A DNA stretch of 64,000 nt from Bacteroidales bacterium (lineage in GTDB: Bacteria; Bacteroidota; Bacteroidia; Bacteroidales; UBA12077), in assembly GCA_035269575.1 (NCBI GenBank), contig DATFIZ010000123.1, positions 1,054 through 65,053 of the forward strand, written 5' to 3'. The notes under the pieces are model-generated. The model did not search any database. It was not told the origin of the DNA and saw only the letters and a list, made by a program, of their open reading frames with translations. A program made the position numbers and the translations under genes. Shown here piece by piece: positions 9,320 through 18,464 of the stretch. Each line of letters begins with the position of its first letter. Position 1 is the first letter of the stretch.

Positions 9320-10726
9320 TTAATTATTCAGATATATTTTTAGTTTTAATCCGGGTTTTAAATCATTTTCATTATAAATATTATTCTCTTCTTTTAATTC
9401 AGAGATTGACTGACAATTAAATTTTTCGGCGATACTCCAAATGGTATCACCTTCTCTGACAATATAATAAATAAAACGATCAGTAGAGTCTCTTTGTTGT
9501 TTGGGCATGAGTTTTTCTTCTTCAATACTTCGGGCAAGAATTGGATCAACCCATATATCTAGTTTTTGCCCAACGTTTAAATTATTTGTGGGTAAGCTAT
9601 TCCATATTCTTATATCCTCAATCGTACAATTATATTTTATGGCAATTTTATGAAAGTATTCACCTTTGGAAACCTCATGAGTAATCTTAATTTTTCCGGC
9701 TTTATCTCCTGCTAAAACCATTTTATGGTCGAATTTTTCCGATTTTCTATTTGAGTCTAAGATTTCTGATTCATTTTTAACAAACAAACCTACTTTATTG
9801 GCTGGTAAAACAACCGTAGCTCCTTGTTTTAATTTGGGAATATAATCGAGCTTATAAGCTGGATTTAAGTATTGAAGTGTTTCAACCGGAATGTCTATAT
9901 ATTCAGCAATGCGTTTAAAAGAAGTGGCCTGGTTTATTTTTACTGTATCAACATCTAAATGGATAAAAGGAGAGCGTATAGGTTTAATGTTATGATCTTT
10001 ATAGTGATTCATTACATAATTAACCGCAATAAATGCAGGAACATATCCATTGGTTTGGTCGGGGAGGTAAGGTTCAATTTCCCAGAAGTTGGTTTCTCCC
10101 CCCGAACGTATAATTGCATTTCGGACAACTCCCGGCCCTCCATTATATGAAGCTAATGCAAGTTGCCAGTCGTTATATATCCGATATAAATATTGTAAAT
10201 AAGCGCAAGCAGCTTCGGTTGATTTGTAAAGATCACTTCGTTCATCAATATAGGAGTTTACTTCTAAGTCGAACATTTTACTGGTATTAATTTTAAACTG
10301 CCAAAGTCCTACAGCGGCCGATGAGGATACAGCCCTTGGATCTAAAGCAGATTCAACAATAGCAAGATATTTCAGCTCAAGAGGCAAACGGTATTTGTCG
10401 AGCATTTCTTCGAAAACAGGAAAATATAATTCGGCCAGACCGATAATTCTGGCCAGATGTTCGCGACGTTCAATGGTGTAAACATCAATATACCGGCGTA
10501 CCCGTTCGTTATATTCAAGTTCGATGGGAGTAAGATTATTGAGTTCTGCGATTTTATATTCGTATACAAGATCCGGAAAAATGGGGATTGAATCTTTTTT
10601 TCTTCTCTTCTTACTACTGTCTTCTTCTGTTTTTAGATCAATATTATTTGTAGCATAGCTGTTTAATTCAGCAAAATAAAAAAAGATAATTAATGTAAGG
10701 GTTACTATGCGAATCAGATTATTCAT
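9320..10726 (-). CDS. Lytic murein transglycosylase (SLT domain) with C-terminal LysM repeats, MltD-like
   Basis: SLT catalytic region LKYLAIVESALDPRAVSSSAAVGLWQF...YNGGPG. Two LysM-like repeats follow (HEVSKGEYFHKIAIKYNCTIEDIRIWNSL and YIVREGDTIWSIAEKFNCQSISELKEEN). Confidence 0.85.
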   Translation of the reverse strand: MNNLIRIVTLTLIIFFYFAELNSYATNNIDLKTEEDSSKKRRKKDSIPIFPDLVYEYKIAELNNLTPIELEYNERVRRYIDVYTIERREHLARIIGLAELYFPVFEEMLDKYRLPLELKYLAIVESALDPRAVSSSAAVGLWQFKINTSKMFDLEVNSYIDERSDLYKSTEAACAYLQYLYRIYNDWQLALASYNGGPGVVRNAIIRSGGETNFWEIEPYLPDQTNGYVPAFIAVNYVMNHYKDHNIKPIRSPFIHLDVDTVKINQATSFKRIAEYIDIPVETLQYLNPAYKLDYIPKLKQGATVVLPANKVGLFVKNESEILDSNRKSEKFDHKMVLAGDKAGKIKITHEVSKGEYFHKIAIKYNCTIEDIRIWNSLPTNNLNVGQKLDIWVDPILARSIEEEKLMPKQQRDSTDRFIYYIVREGDTIWSIAEKFNCQSISELKEENNIYNENDLKPGLKLKIYLNN

Positions 10727-10784
10727 AATTAATTGTTATTTTTACTCGGCAAATCTCGGTATTATTTGGTAAAAATAATATTTA

Positions 10785-12188
10785 TTACATTTTATTCATT
10801 AAATAATTCGAAAAAGCAAAAAGATTTTTTTCATCAAATTTTTTAGCCATAACTTGTATTCCAAAAGGCAGATTTGATGGATGCTTCCCGATGGGTAAAG
10901 AAATAGCAGGGTTTCCGGTTAAATTGGCATGCATAAGATAAATATCTTCCAGAAACATCGATTCCGGATTCTTGTCTCTTTCTTTAAATTTAAAAGCTAC
11001 ATCAGGAGTTGTCGGACTTATGATAAAATCATATGTATCAAATATTCGGTCTGTTTCGATTTTAATGAATTGCCGTATTTTCAATGCTTTTTTATATAGC
11101 CTTTCGTTATGCTTATGTAAAATATACGTGCCGGTAAGGATACGTTGTTTTACCTCTTTGCCAAATCCTTCAGTACGGCTTTTTGTAATAAGGTCATCCG
11201 AATTCTTCCTGTCCGAAGACCGGTATCCAAAGTTTACACCATCATAACGGGCAAGGTTCGACATAGCCTCGGCAGGAGCCAATACATGAAATGTAGGGAC
11301 AATATAATCGAGCCAGGGGAATGAAATTTCGTTTACTTGTATAGCGCTGTTTTTTAAAAAATGGATGACCCTTTTCATATTCTTGCGGATATGATTGTCG
11401 AGTGCAGGATATAGCATAGTTTCTTTTAAAACAGCAATTTTAAAAGGTTTACTATCTTGGGATAAATTATTAAAGGATTGAAGAACATCTGGTTTAAGGG
11501 TTGTGTCTTTTTTGTCAGGTCCTGCAATAATTTCCAAAATGCGGGCATTATCCTCTATGTTTTTTGTTAGTATCCCTATTTGATCGAATGAAGAGGCATA
11601 AGCAATCAACCCCCAGCGTGAAACCATTCCGTAGGTTGGCTTTAGTCCAACCAATCCGCAAAAGGATGCAGGCTGTCGCACTGATCCGCCGGTGTCTGAT
11701 CCGAGAGCAGCCAGGCAGCAATCAGCAGCTACGGCTGCTGCCGAACCCGACGAAGAACCTCCCGGTACTTTTGTATTATCCAGAGGATTTAATGTTTTTC
11801 CAAAAGCCGATTTTTCGCCACTGCTACCCATCGCAAATTCGTCGCAATTGGTGCGGCCAATGATGATAGCGTCTTCGGACAAAAGACGTTCAACAGCGGT
11901 GGCACTATAAGGAGACACATAGTTTTCCAGAATTTTTGAAGCAGCAGAAACTTTATGATTTTGATAACAGATTGTATCTTTTATGGCAATTACAAGCCCT
12001 GCCAGTTTTCCTTTGTGTATTTTTTGATCAATTATTTTTGCTTTTTTAAGAGCCTCACTGCCAAACACCTCAATAAAAGCATTGAGGTGTCTGCTTTTCC
12101 GGATGTTGTCTAAATAATAATTTACTATTTCGGAGACAGTTAATTCTCCGCTTTTTATATTAGCCTGTATTTGTGATAAAGATCTCAC
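10785..12188 (-). CDS. gatA: Asp-tRNA(Asn)/Glu-tRNA(Gln) amidotransferase subunit A
   Basis: Amidase signature GGSSSGSAAAVAA...GSDTGGSVRQPASFCG. 467 aa. GTG start. Confidence 0.9.
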   Translation of the reverse strand: MRSLSQIQANIKSGELTVSEIVNYYLDNIRKSRHLNAFIEVFGSEALKKAKIIDQKIHKGKLAGLVIAIKDTICYQNHKVSAASKILENYVSPYSATAVERLLSEDAIIIGRTNCDEFAMGSSGEKSAFGKTLNPLDNTKVPGGSSSGSAAAVAADCCLAALGSDTGGSVRQPASFCGLVGLKPTYGMVSRWGLIAYASSFDQIGILTKNIEDNARILEIIAGPDKKDTTLKPDVLQSFNNLSQDSKPFKIAVLKETMLYPALDNHIRKNMKRVIHFLKNSAIQVNEISFPWLDYIVPTFHVLAPAEAMSNLARYDGVNFGYRSSDRKNSDDLITKSRTEGFGKEVKQRILTGTYILHKHNERLYKKALKIRQFIKIETDRIFDTYDFIISPTTPDVAFKFKERDKNPESMFLEDIYLMHANLTGNPAISLPIGKHPSNLPFGIQVMAKKFDEKNLFAFSNYLMNKM

Positions 12189-12281
12189 GAGAATATGTTT
12201 TAGTTAATTAATTGGTCTCGTGGAACATCCATATTATATTCATTCCCATTTTCTGAGTTTTAGTGCATGGATGTTTCATAA

Positions 12282-12321
12282 AATAAAAAAACCTGCCGAT
12301 TTCGTATTAAAAAGGCAGGTT
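12282..12321 (-). terminator. Rho-independent terminator downstream of tatA
   Basis: Minus-strand hairpin ACCTGCC (12320-12314) / GGCAGGT (12297-12291), followed by a U-run (plus-strand A-run 12284-12290). Confidence 0.7.
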
Positions 12322-12340
12322 AATCAATATGTTCATTTTG

Positions 12341-12550
12341 TTATTTTTGAGATTCTTCGTTTGATTTTTCTTCTTTTTTATCTTCCTCTGGTTCGTCTTT
12401 GGTTGCTTTTTTAAATTCTTTCATTCCCTGACCCAGCCCTTTCATCAGTTCAGGTATTTTACGGCCACCAAAAATTAGAAGCACCACAAGGACAATTAAA
12501 ATAATCTCCCAGGGTCCGGGCATTCCTAAAATAATAGATGATAATAGCAT
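12341..12550 (-). CDS. tatA: Twin-arginine translocase TatA/TatE family subunit
   Basis: 69 aa. One N-terminal TM helix, then [25 protein letters not shown] and an acidic tail. Confidence 0.9.
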   Translation of the reverse strand: MLLSSIILGMPGPWEIILIVLVVLLIFGGRKIPELMKGLGQGMKEFKKATKDEPEEDKKEEKSNEESQK

Positions 12551-12592
12551 TTGCTTCTGGTTTTAAGTTTATTCAAAAGTAATGAATTTTTA

Positions 12593-13918
12593 TCATTTAT
12601 TTAAAATATGCCTGAAAATATCGTTCCCATTTGCATAAAGTAATAATGACAACAGGATAATCATTCCGGTAATTTGTGCATACTCCATAAACTTATCACT
12701 AGGCTTACGTCCGGTAATCATTTCATATAATAAAAACATAACATGCCCACCATCTAAGGCAGGTATAGGTAATATATTCATAATGGCCAGAATAATAGAC
12801 AGAAAAGCAGTTAGATTCCAAAATGCCTGCCAGTTCCAAGTACCCGGGAAAATTTTTCCGATGGTAATAAATCCTCCTAATGATTTATAGGCTTCGGTTT
12901 TTGGCGAAAAAATGAGCTTTAATTGTTTCAGGTAACTGCTAAAAGTTTCAACGCCCTTGTTTATCCCTGCGGGTATTGACGCCAACAGATCATACTCTCT
13001 GCTTTCAAGTTCAAAGAAACGGGATATATTTCCATTCGGAACTACTCCGATGAGTCCATTTTCAGGAACAGAAACTGTAAAATCCAATGTATCACTATTT
13101 CGCAAGGCAGATATAGTTACCTCTTTATTTTTATAATTAGCCAGGGTATCTCTAAATTCATCAAAAAAATCTATTGAGTGATTATTAATCGCCACCAGTT
13201 TATCATCTACTTTTAATCCGGCCTCTTTTGCGGGTGATTCTTTAGTAAAACCTCCCACATAAAAAGGAAGTCGAGGGATAACAAAACTGGTAGTATTCAA
13301 TAATTCAGGAATAATCCGGTCGGGGACAGGTATTTCTCTTTTGTTCCCGTCCCTTTCAACTTGAATGGTTTGCACCTCTTCGAGTACAATATTGGGCACG
13401 ATTTTGTAAAAATCTACAACGGGTTTATTGTCCAGAGCAATAATTTTATCTCCATCCTTTAGCCCAATATCCTTAGCCAGCGAGTCGGCCATAATTCCAT
13501 ACTTTACATTTTTAGTAGGGAGATATTGGTCGCCCCAGGTGTAAAGAATAGCAGAATAGATGATGAGAGCTAAAATAAAATTAACTAAAACACCACCCAG
13601 CATAATGAGCAACCGTTGCCAGGATGGTTTCGATCTGAACTCATGTGGTTCGGGCGGTTTATTCATCTGTTCTTTGTCCATCGATTCATCAATCATCCCG
13701 GAGATTTTAACATAACCGCCTAAGGGTAACCAACCCATTCCATATTCTGTTTCACCAATTTTCTTTTTAAAAATCGAAAACCAGGGATTAAAAAAAAGGT
13801 AAAATTTTTCAACCCGTGTTTTAAATATCTTAGCAAATAAAAAGTGTCCAAACTCGTGTAAAATAACCAAAATGGATATGCTTAATAAGAATTGTCCTGT
13901 TTTAACTAATACTTCCAT
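12593..13918 (-). CDS. rseP: RIP (site-2) zinc metalloprotease RseP
   Basis: HEFGHF zinc motif at the N-terminus, PDZ-like central part, and C-terminal NILPIPALDGG motif. Confidence 0.9.
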   Translation of the reverse strand: MEVLVKTGQFLLSISILVILHEFGHFLFAKIFKTRVEKFYLFFNPWFSIFKKKIGETEYGMGWLPLGGYVKISGMIDESMDKEQMNKPPEPHEFRSKPSWQRLLIMLGGVLVNFILALIIYSAILYTWGDQYLPTKNVKYGIMADSLAKDIGLKDGDKIIALDNKPVVDFYKIVPNIVLEEVQTIQVERDGNKREIPVPDRIIPELLNTTSFVIPRLPFYVGGFTKESPAKEAGLKVDDKLVAINNHSIDFFDEFRDTLANYKNKEVTISALRNSDTLDFTVSVPENGLIGVVPNGNISRFFELESREYDLLASIPAGINKGVETFSSYLKQLKLIFSPKTEAYKSLGGFITIGKIFPGTWNWQAFWNLTAFLSIILAIMNILPIPALDGGHVMFLLYEMITGRKPSDKFMEYAQITGMIILLSLLLYANGNDIFRHILNK

Positions 13919-13939
13919 CTATCTCCTCTTTTCTTCGTT

Positions 13940-15088
13940 TTAAATTAATGATTGCGTAAATTCTCGTGTTTCCTGATCTGTTTTTATCAATTGTTCTAAA
14001 TCGGGATGTTCTATATAATCAATTTTCTGCATTGATTGTTCAATGATATCTGTCATTTGGCAAAATCCAACCTTATCTTTTAAAAATGATTCAACAGCCA
14101 CTTCGTTAGCTGCATTAAGAATACAGGGCATGTTACCACATTTATCCATCGCGGCTAATGCCAGCGAAAGGTTTTTAAAATTTTTGATATCCGGTTTTTC
14201 GAACGTCAGCTCAGGGTAATCCCAAAAGCTAAATCTTGGGAAATCACTTTTAAATCTTTCCGGGAATCCTAATGCAAACAAAATGGGCAACTTCATGTCA
14301 GGAAGCCCCATTTGCGCTTTAATAGAGCCATCTTCGAATTGTACAGCAGAATGAATAATTGATTGAGGATGAACAACCACTTCGATTTGGTTTGGATTCA
14401 GACCAAACAACCAACGTGCTTCAATCGCTTCAAACCCTTTGTTCATTAGCGTAGCCGAATCAATGGTTATTTTAGCGCCCATATCCCAGTTTGGGTGTTT
14501 AAGTGCATTTTCTTTGGTTACCTTTTGCAGGTAATCGTAATCCTTCCCACGAAAAGGACCTCCCGAGGCCGTTAAGTAAATCTTCTCGATTTTATTTTTT
14601 CCTTCCCCAACCAGGCATTGAAAAATGGCCGAATGTTCGGAATCTACCGGATAAATACTGGTTCTGTGGTGAAAAGCCAATTTTTGAATCATCTCACCGG
14701 CAACCACTAAGGTTTCTTTATTGGCTAAAGCAATCGTTTTTCCGGATTTTATAGCATTTATTGTGGGTAGCAACCCGGAATATCCCACCATAGCTGTTAA
14801 AACAATATCAATGGTATCCATCTCCACTATTTGAGCTATAGCGTCTGAACCGGCATAGATTTTAACCGGAAAGTTATTTAGTGCATCAACCAGTTCGTTG
14901 TATTTGTTTTCATTTGCAATTACAATGGTATTAGGTTTAAATTTCTTGGTTTGTTCAATTAAAAGATGGGCATTGTTATTGGCTGTTAATACTTCAACCT
15001 CAAAATGCTCAGGATTTTGCTCAATAACATCTAAAGTTTGTGTTCCGATAGAACCTGTTGAACCAAGTATAGCAATTCTTTTTTTCAT
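13940..15088 (-). CDS. dxr: 1-deoxy-D-xylulose 5-phosphate reductoisomerase
   Basis: ILGSTGSIGTQTLDV NADPH motif, ...LANKETLV..., ...DSEHSAIFQC..., and HPNWDMG. 382 aa. Confidence 0.95.
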   Translation of the reverse strand: MKKRIAILGSTGSIGTQTLDVIEQNPEHFEVEVLTANNNAHLLIEQTKKFKPNTIVIANENKYNELVDALNNFPVKIYAGSDAIAQIVEMDTIDIVLTAMVGYSGLLPTINAIKSGKTIALANKETLVVAGEMIQKLAFHHRTSIYPVDSEHSAIFQCLVGEGKNKIEKIYLTASGGPFRGKDYDYLQKVTKENALKHPNWDMGAKITIDSATLMNKGFEAIEARWLFGLNPNQIEVVVHPQSIIHSAVQFEDGSIKAQMGLPDMKLPILFALGFPERFKSDFPRFSFWDYPELTFEKPDIKNFKNLSLALAAMDKCGNMPCILNAANEVAVESFLKDKVGFCQMTDIIEQSMQKIDYIEHPDLEQLIKTDQETREFTQSLI

Positions 15089-15109
15089 TAATAATTCCCG
15101 GAAATCTTT

Positions 15110-15973
15110 TTAAAATGCAACATAATCTTCAGGGTCTAAAGGAGTTCCATTGTGCCAAAGTTCAAAGTGTAAATGGGGTCCACTGGTTAATTCACCCGAA
15201 TTGCCTATAATAGCAATTGCTTCACCTGCAGTAACATGATTACCAACTTTTTTTAATAACTCTGAATTATGTTTGTATATAGAAATAATATTATTTTCAT
15301 GTTGAATTTGAATAACATATCCGGTTTCCAGGGTCCAGTTTGCCATAGTGATAACACCTTCTAATGCAGCAACAACAACCTTGTTCGAAGCGGCTACAAT
15401 ATCCGTCCCAAAGTGATTGATATTAGGATTAAATGAATTGGTTACTAATCCTTTAACCGGAGGAAAAAAATGAATACTGGAAAAGTCTGTTGTATTTGAT
15501 GAATTGTTGAGAACCGAAAGGTTGTAAATTTCCTCCTGTTCAATTTGTTGCCTTAAGATAGAATCGTGTTCTGATCGGGAAAAAACTATCTCATCATATC
15601 GTAAGGTCGTATCTTGTGAGTTTTCGAAACTTTCTGGAACTCCACCACGGATAATCTGGTTAATACTGGCAAAATAACGATCGCGCATTTCCAGCTCATT
15701 TTCCAAAGAATCTAATTTATAAACATTGTTAATGATATTTCTACGCATATTTCCATCCGGGTAACCGGGGATAAACTCCCTGATTGGGGTAAAAGCAATT
15801 AATACTGTTACTCCGGCAATAAGGAATATTAATGCCGATCCTACGATTGAGAAAACGTTAAGTCTTGATAAACGCAAAAACCATACTTCTTCAAAAGTGT
15901 CGTCATTATAAATAATTAAACGATACTTATGTCTTAATTTATTGGCAATTCGTTTCTTTTTTTTCTTTACCAT
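15110..15973 (-). CDS. M23 family metallopeptidase (membrane anchored)
   Basis: N-terminal TM helix. C-terminal LytM/M23 motifs HFGTDIVA ... GNSGELTSGPHLHFELW. Confidence 0.85.
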   Translation of the reverse strand: MVKKKKKRIANKLRHKYRLIIYNDDTFEEVWFLRLSRLNVFSIVGSALIFLIAGVTVLIAFTPIREFIPGYPDGNMRRNIINNVYKLDSLENELEMRDRYFASINQIIRGGVPESFENSQDTTLRYDEIVFSRSEHDSILRQQIEQEEIYNLSVLNNSSNTTDFSSIHFFPPVKGLVTNSFNPNINHFGTDIVAASNKVVVAALEGVITMANWTLETGYVIQIQHENNIISIYKHNSELLKKVGNHVTAGEAIAIIGNSGELTSGPHLHFELWHNGTPLDPEDYVAF

Positions 15974-15997
15974 TTAAGAATCTGATATTTTATCCTG

Positions 15998-16005
15998 CAA
16001 ATATA
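15998..16005 (-). promoter_or_regulatory. Candidate -7 promoter box (TATATTTG on the minus strand) for the M23 peptidase/dxr/rseP array
   Basis: Exact TAnnTTTG match, 25 nt upstream of ATG 15973. Confidence 0.3.
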
Positions 16006-16144
16006 TAAGTTTTTAAAGAAGAAACCATTTAAAAAAATAAATCTACGAAGATAGGTTAAACGAATAAAACTTTCGTTAGAAACAATAAGCTTTAGAAAGA
16101 TGTAAAGAAAGTGGAAAAAAATTTGTTTTTTATGAATCATTGGT

Positions 16145-16152
16145 TAAATTTG
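16145..16152 (+). promoter_or_regulatory. Candidate -7 promoter box (TAAATTTG) for the initiator tRNA gene
   Basis: Exact TAnnTTTG match, 50 nt upstream of tRNA position 1. Confidence 0.35.
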
Positions 16153-16201
16153 CCACCGCAATTGAGTAGGAAACGTTCTTAAAAAAACATTAAAAATATA
16201 T

Positions 16202-16274
<73 letters not shown>

Positions 16275-16279
16275 CTTAT

Positions 16280-16315
16280 AGCGCCTGTCACTTATGTGTC
16301 GGGCGCTTTTTTTTA
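16280..16315 (+). terminator. Rho-independent terminator after tRNA-fMet
   Basis: AGCGCCTGTCAC / GTGTCGGGCGCT stem (12 positions with one mismatch and one G-U), loop TTAT, then T8. Confidence 0.8.
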
Positions 16316-16324
16316 CTTAAAAAA

Positions 16325-17314
16325 TTATAACTCAATCTCCAATATTACTAAATAGGTCGTTTGGTTTGGGCTAAAATTATTGTCGGTAATAAATAAAATA
16401 TGTCTTCCGGTATGTGCGAGGGTCATTCCTTCGAAATTATAGCTTGGGTACCGGGTAAAGTTCTTTTCAATGGTACCAAAATCGATTAAGGTTTCAGGAG
16501 TCAAAAATTGGGTGCTGTCGGGTATCCTCTTTTTAAAAGCTAAGATGTTGCCGGCCGTTTGTAAGTTTACCTTATTTATAGTTACAATAGACTGGTTATT
16601 GGTCCATGCACGTTCCATAATCAGTAACATGGAGTCATTTAGTGTTAAAATTTCGCTTACCCCGTTATCTCCAGAAGGATTAACTAATGGATAAGCGTAT
16701 TCATTAACTATTTTATCGTTTTCTATATCATACTCAAAAATACTGGTAAAGGATTTATCTTTTTGATTATACTTTTTTCGTTTATCTTTTTTAAATGGTC
16801 GTTCCAGTGCAAAATACAAACTTTTTTTGTCTGTAGACAAGGTCAATCCTTCATACCCGCTATTAACCCGCATAACATTTTTTAATGATGGAATTGCATC
16901 TATTTTCAGCATATGCCCTTCAGAGAATTTAAAAACGGAGGTGCTTGTATTTTGTTCGTCAGAAACAAAGAAATAAGATAAACTGTCAATTACACGAATT
17001 CCCTCTGCTTCAAACTTCAAATCATTAAAAACAAGGGTATCTGTTATTTGGTAATGGATAGTTTCTTTTTCAATATCAATTTTTAATGTATAAATTCGAA
17101 ATGGAGGTTTGTCGGCCACTGTATAATAAATATTTTCGATCCCTGAATATTCTATTGCAGAAAGACCGCCAAAATCGGTATGCTTGTCAAAATTATTATT
17201 TGAATCCATGATTTTTACTAAAACAGGATCTTGTTTAATTTTCAGCTGTCCTGTTGCGGTAAATGTGGGAATCAATAAGAATAGAAGTAGCTGAAACAGA
17301 AGAACTTTAGTCAT
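16325..17314 (-). CDS. Secreted phytase-like (esterase-like activity of phytase family) beta-propeller protein
   Basis: Signal peptide. Recurrent motifs GGLSAIEY, EAEGIRV, GYEGLTLS, NFEGMTL and ITDNNF recall the Phytase-like family. The assignment is from memory. Confidence 0.55.
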   Translation of the reverse strand: MTKVLLFQLLLFLLIPTFTATGQLKIKQDPVLVKIMDSNNNFDKHTDFGGLSAIEYSGIENIYYTVADKPPFRIYTLKIDIEKETIHYQITDTLVFNDLKFEAEGIRVIDSLSYFFVSDEQNTSTSVFKFSEGHMLKIDAIPSLKNVMRVNSGYEGLTLSTDKKSLYFALERPFKKDKRKKYNQKDKSFTSIFEYDIENDKIVNEYAYPLVNPSGDNGVSEILTLNDSMLLIMERAWTNNQSIVTINKVNLQTAGNILAFKKRIPDSTQFLTPETLIDFGTIEKNFTRYPSYNFEGMTLAHTGRHILFITDNNFSPNQTTYLVILEIEL

Positions 17315-17377
17315 TGCTTTTTGGTTTTATAAATTAACCTAAATATAGTAAAATACATGCTGTATTTAAAATTATTA

Positions 17378-17385
17378 TAATTTTG
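17378..17385 (+). promoter_or_regulatory. Candidate -7 promoter box (TAATTTTG) for glsA
   Basis: Exact TAnnTTTG match, 22 nt upstream of ATG 17408. Confidence 0.35.
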
Positions 17386-17407
17386 TTCATTTATTAAAGA
17401 TAATACC

Positions 17408-18325
17408 ATGAAAAATTATCAGGAAATCATTGAGGAGATATACCACGAGATTAAACCTTTAACCAAACAAGGAAAGGTTGCAGATTATATTCCTGCTCTG
17501 GCACGGGTTAACAGGGATAAACTTGGGATTTCTGTTTCTATGATTACCGGCGAAACCTATTGTGTAGGAGATGTGGAAGAAAAATTTTCCATTCAAAGCA
17601 TTGCCAAAGTCTTTAGTTTGACGCTAGCCATGGCCAAACAGAATGAAAAAATTTGGAAACGGATTGGTCGTGAACCGTCTGGAAATGCTTTTAATTCACT
17701 GGTACAGCTTGAATACGAACATGGTATACCGAGAAATCCTTTTGTCAATGCAGGAGCATTGGTTGTAACCGATATCCTAATTAGTAATTTAGATAATGCA
17801 TATACCGATTTTCTGGATTTTGTTCATAATCTCTGTGTATCCGCTGATATTGATTATAATGAAGAGGTTGCCCAATCAGAGAAAGAAACGGGGTTTACGA
17901 ATGCAGCTATGGTGAACTTCCTGCGAAGTCATCACAATATTGAAAATGATGTCAATCAGGTTCTTGATGTATATTTTCATCACTGCTCCATTGATATGAA
18001 TTTGAAAGAATTATCCCGGTCATTTTTGTATTTGACCAACCATGGAGTAATCCCCTGTAGTAACCAACGAATATTAAACCAAAGTCAGGCTAAGCGGATT
18101 AATGCTTTAATGCTTACCTGTGGCACGTACGATGAAGCAGGCGATTTTGCTTATTTAACCGGAATTCCTGCTAAGAGCGGGGTGGGTGGAGGTATCGCTG
18201 CCATTATTCCCAATAAGTTAAGTGTTGCTGTTTGGGGACCAGCACTAAATGAAAAGGGGAATTCACTAGCCGGAGTTAAAGCCCTTGAATTATTTACTAC
18301 CAAAACGGGGATGTCCATATTTTAA
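17408..18325 (+). CDS. glsA: Glutaminase A
   Basis: GKVADYIPALA, FSIQSIAKVF (Ser-x-x-Lys), NPFVNAGA and PAKSGVGGGI motifs of the serine-dependent glutaminase family. 305 aa. Confidence 0.9.
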   Translation: MKNYQEIIEEIYHEIKPLTKQGKVADYIPALARVNRDKLGISVSMITGETYCVGDVEEKFSIQSIAKVFSLTLAMAKQNEKIWKRIGREPSGNAFNSLVQLEYEHGIPRNPFVNAGALVVTDILISNLDNAYTDFLDFVHNLCVSADIDYNEEVAQSEKETGFTNAAMVNFLRSHHNIENDVNQVLDVYFHHCSIDMNLKELSRSFLYLTNHGVIPCSNQRILNQSQAKRINALMLTCGTYDEAGDFAYLTGIPAKSGVGGGIAAIIPNKLSVAVWGPALNEKGNSLAGVKALELFTTKTGMSIF

Positions 18326-18464
18326 AGATCTTAACTTTTAGATATAATCAGGTATTTACTTATAAAAAAGAGCTGCTGCCTACTAATATTTATTTATTCG
18401 TCAAAATTTGTTAACTTGTTCAACCTTTAAACGTTATAATTGATTGAATATAAATATGATTTGA

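Noticed and set aside
11564-11910. Two overlapping plus-strand ORFs with unusually GC/Ala/Arg-rich translations
   Set aside because: They are antisense to the most conserved, Gly/Ser/Ala-rich amidase-signature part of gatA. That region's codon composition produces open antisense frames, so there is no independent support for them.
12223-12277. 9-bp inverted repeat (AACATCCAT / ATGGATGTT) with a 34-nt loop between the tatA terminator and the gatA GTG start, enclosing a 23-codon ORF
   Set aside because: There is no U-run, no alternative pairing partner and no codon bias in the small ORF. It could affect gatA translation, but I cannot support a function.
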